A stretch of 53,022 nucleotides of DNA from Trichinella spiralis. Lineage: Eukaryota. Of the stretch, positions 51,071 through 53,022 are shown piece by piece. Position 1 is the stretch's first letter; every line of letters starts with the position of its first letter. The notes below the pieces were generated by a model. That model was given only the letters and a program-made list of their open reading frames with translations. It ran no database searches and was not told the DNA's origin. The stretch spans positions 5,362,913 to 5,415,934 of the forward strand of contig NW_003526944.1 in NCBI RefSeq assembly GCF_000181795.1. Reading direction: 5' to 3'. The position numbers and the translations under genes are program-made.

Positions 51071-52200
51071 CAGTAGATTTATATATGTAGGTCATTCTGA
51101 AATTCGAGATCGCACAATAAGACATGCGGAGGAGTGTTCTGGGTAAGTCAATGTCTCTGTCATGGCGTTTATTTGTCAGATAGTGTATATCAGACGTAAT
51201 TTCAAATTTCAAGGTCATTTTTGAATTTTCAAATAACTGTCATTCGTATAATTTGACATTTTATTTGAATTCTTTCCCCAAAGCATCACTTTTTCTGACC
51301 TTTTGACAGTCAGCATATAATATTAAATGAGCATGCATTTTATTTCTTATATTCACATTATTTCTAGTATTTAGAATATGCTTGGTAATAAAGATCAAAT
51401 GATAGTTTCTGTAATAAGAAGTATTTATATGTTCGGCAAAGCTACAATTAAATTTTCTTTTCAAACAGAATGCATTAGTTAAGTAAATAAACGCAATGAA
51501 ATATATGTAATAGCCACATTTATCAGCAGAAAAGAACAAAATAAAATTTTGCATGAGGAGTCGTTCGCTTTCTGGACATATTNNNNNNNNNNTTTGAAGT
51601 TCATTAAAGCGTTAAAGTAGCTGGTGAGATCGTTCAGAATTTTGACAGGTATTCCACTTTTCTGCATGGTTATTTTTTTTAAAACTTTGTATACTTATTT
51701 GGAAACCAATTACTTTTTAATTAGATAGCACTTAATTATTATATTTGTTGTAATCTCTATTTTGTGGTAAAGTGAGAACACTTTTGATTTAATATCATTA
51801 TTACAGGTTTAAAGAATGGAGCAAAGAAAATGTGAAAACACGGACGACATGAAGCAGAACAAGAGAAGAGAAGAGGTAAATGCGATTTCTTGTGGATCTG
51901 TAAAGCAAGGCTAAGGATACTTCGTAAGGGTGATGTTAATCCTTAATTTAAGGAAATTATCCAAGTTTGTAATATGTAATATATGAGTAAGGTATTCTCA
52001 GAGTAAAACTGTACTTTTCGTTTTTCATATTAAGATTAGATATGACTTCATCTTTAGAAAGATTGAATATCAATAGACTTTAGTTTCACTTTAAATTATT
52101 TTTTCAAATTTCACAGCATCAGAGCCATTTGGTAAATTACATCTTTTGTTCGGTTAACTTTGTTTGTCAGCATACGCAGCGAGTGTGCTTATATTTTAGT
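51071..52200 (+). repeat. Gap-flanked re-copy of parts of 49050-51060, likely redundant contig ends
   Basis: 51071-51582 matches about 49056-49570 and 51593-52200 matches about 50445-51060; error-rich next to the 10-N gaps. Confidence 0.8.
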
Positions 52201-52698
52201 GAAAACATTTTGCGATGAGTTCCATTTATGTAGGTCATTCGCTGTGCTTGAGGCTTCAATTTTCCTAATTTCATAGCGTTCGGTTAGAATTAATTCTTCG
52301 TCCAGAAAATTTTCCAAATTTAACTCAAACCGGTTTCTATTACTACAGTATGCAAATGAGGATCGCTTGAAAATTGCTTTATCATCAATCAGTAATGGTG
52401 CGCTTGCTTGTTTGACTTGCGTGGCAAGTAACAGCATCGTCAAACGTTGGCGTTAAGTAACTGCTGAAGTCAATTTTTAATTGTTGAAAGTATTCAAATT
52501 TTTCTCGTTGTTACTTTTTTGCGAAACTCTCTATGTATAATAATTTTGTTATCTTTAATTGAAAATCAGTTACTTCTTTTATTTGAAAATTCTTTGTTCA
52601 ATTTTTTAATTCCACTGTGTAATAAAGTGCGGAAAGTTTTGATTTAACATTTACCATTCTTACAGATATGACGAATGAAGAAAAGAAGAAGTGAAAAC

Positions 52699-52782
52699 GC
52701 GGACGACACGAAGCAGATCGAGGACGGCACGAAGCAGATCGCGGACGACACGAAGCAGATCGAGGACGACACGAAGCAGAAC
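52699..52782 (+). repeat. 21-bp minisatellite, 4 units
   Basis: G(C/A)GGACG(A/G)CACGAAGCAGATC units; explains the DDTKQIE/A repeat in ORF 52675-52872. Confidence 0.9.
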
Positions 52783-53022
52783 AAGAGAAGACAAAGTTCC
52801 TGGGACCCCAATTCTGTAGGTCTGGGATTGGGATACTTCGAAAGGGTGAAGTTATCCCATAGTTGTAATTAAGTTAACGACCAACTTACATGGCTGAGTT
52901 TTGAATTAATGCAGTACTTGGTCTTTCACGCAGCAAAATTTATGTATGCAACTGCTTTCATGTGTCGAAATAATTTTTGATTTCCGTTTATTTTGGAATT
53001 TTTATCTTTACTTACATGGTTT

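Overview
AT-rich eukaryotic draft scaffold with five N-gaps and short GT-AG introns, most consistent with a nematode (Trichinella-like; inferred, not proven). The core (35-44 kb) holds three spliced protein genes: a 10-exon efa-6/PSD (MTED-Sec7-PH-coiled coil), a 2-exon serpentine 7TM receptor, and a minus-strand J-domain gene with a C-terminal TM segment. Mobile DNA includes a Buster-type hAT element with TIRs and an 8-bp TSD, Ty3/gypsy RT, protease and integrase remnants, a candidate solo LTR and a long-TIR MITE. Both flanks (1-22 kb and 45-53 kb) are a mosaic of segmentally duplicated modules. The main unexplained signal is 12 copies (9 plus, 3 minus) of an apparent small non-coding RNA gene family. 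In 11 of 12 copies a TATA box or variant lies 30-31 nt upstream of a purine start, followed by a conserved 5' hairpin (GGCAGTGGAAACGTCCGCTTGTTCGTATTCCACTG, with a compensatory pair). Many copies add a second hairpin with a CTTACAA loop, then a variable but self-complementary 3' domain and an oligo-T end. A second covarying hairpin module recurs in the same arrays. The efa-6 Sec7 domain appears to lack the catalytic Gly-Glu motif while keeping the microtubule-elimination motif. All structures were read by eye; no folding or database search was run.
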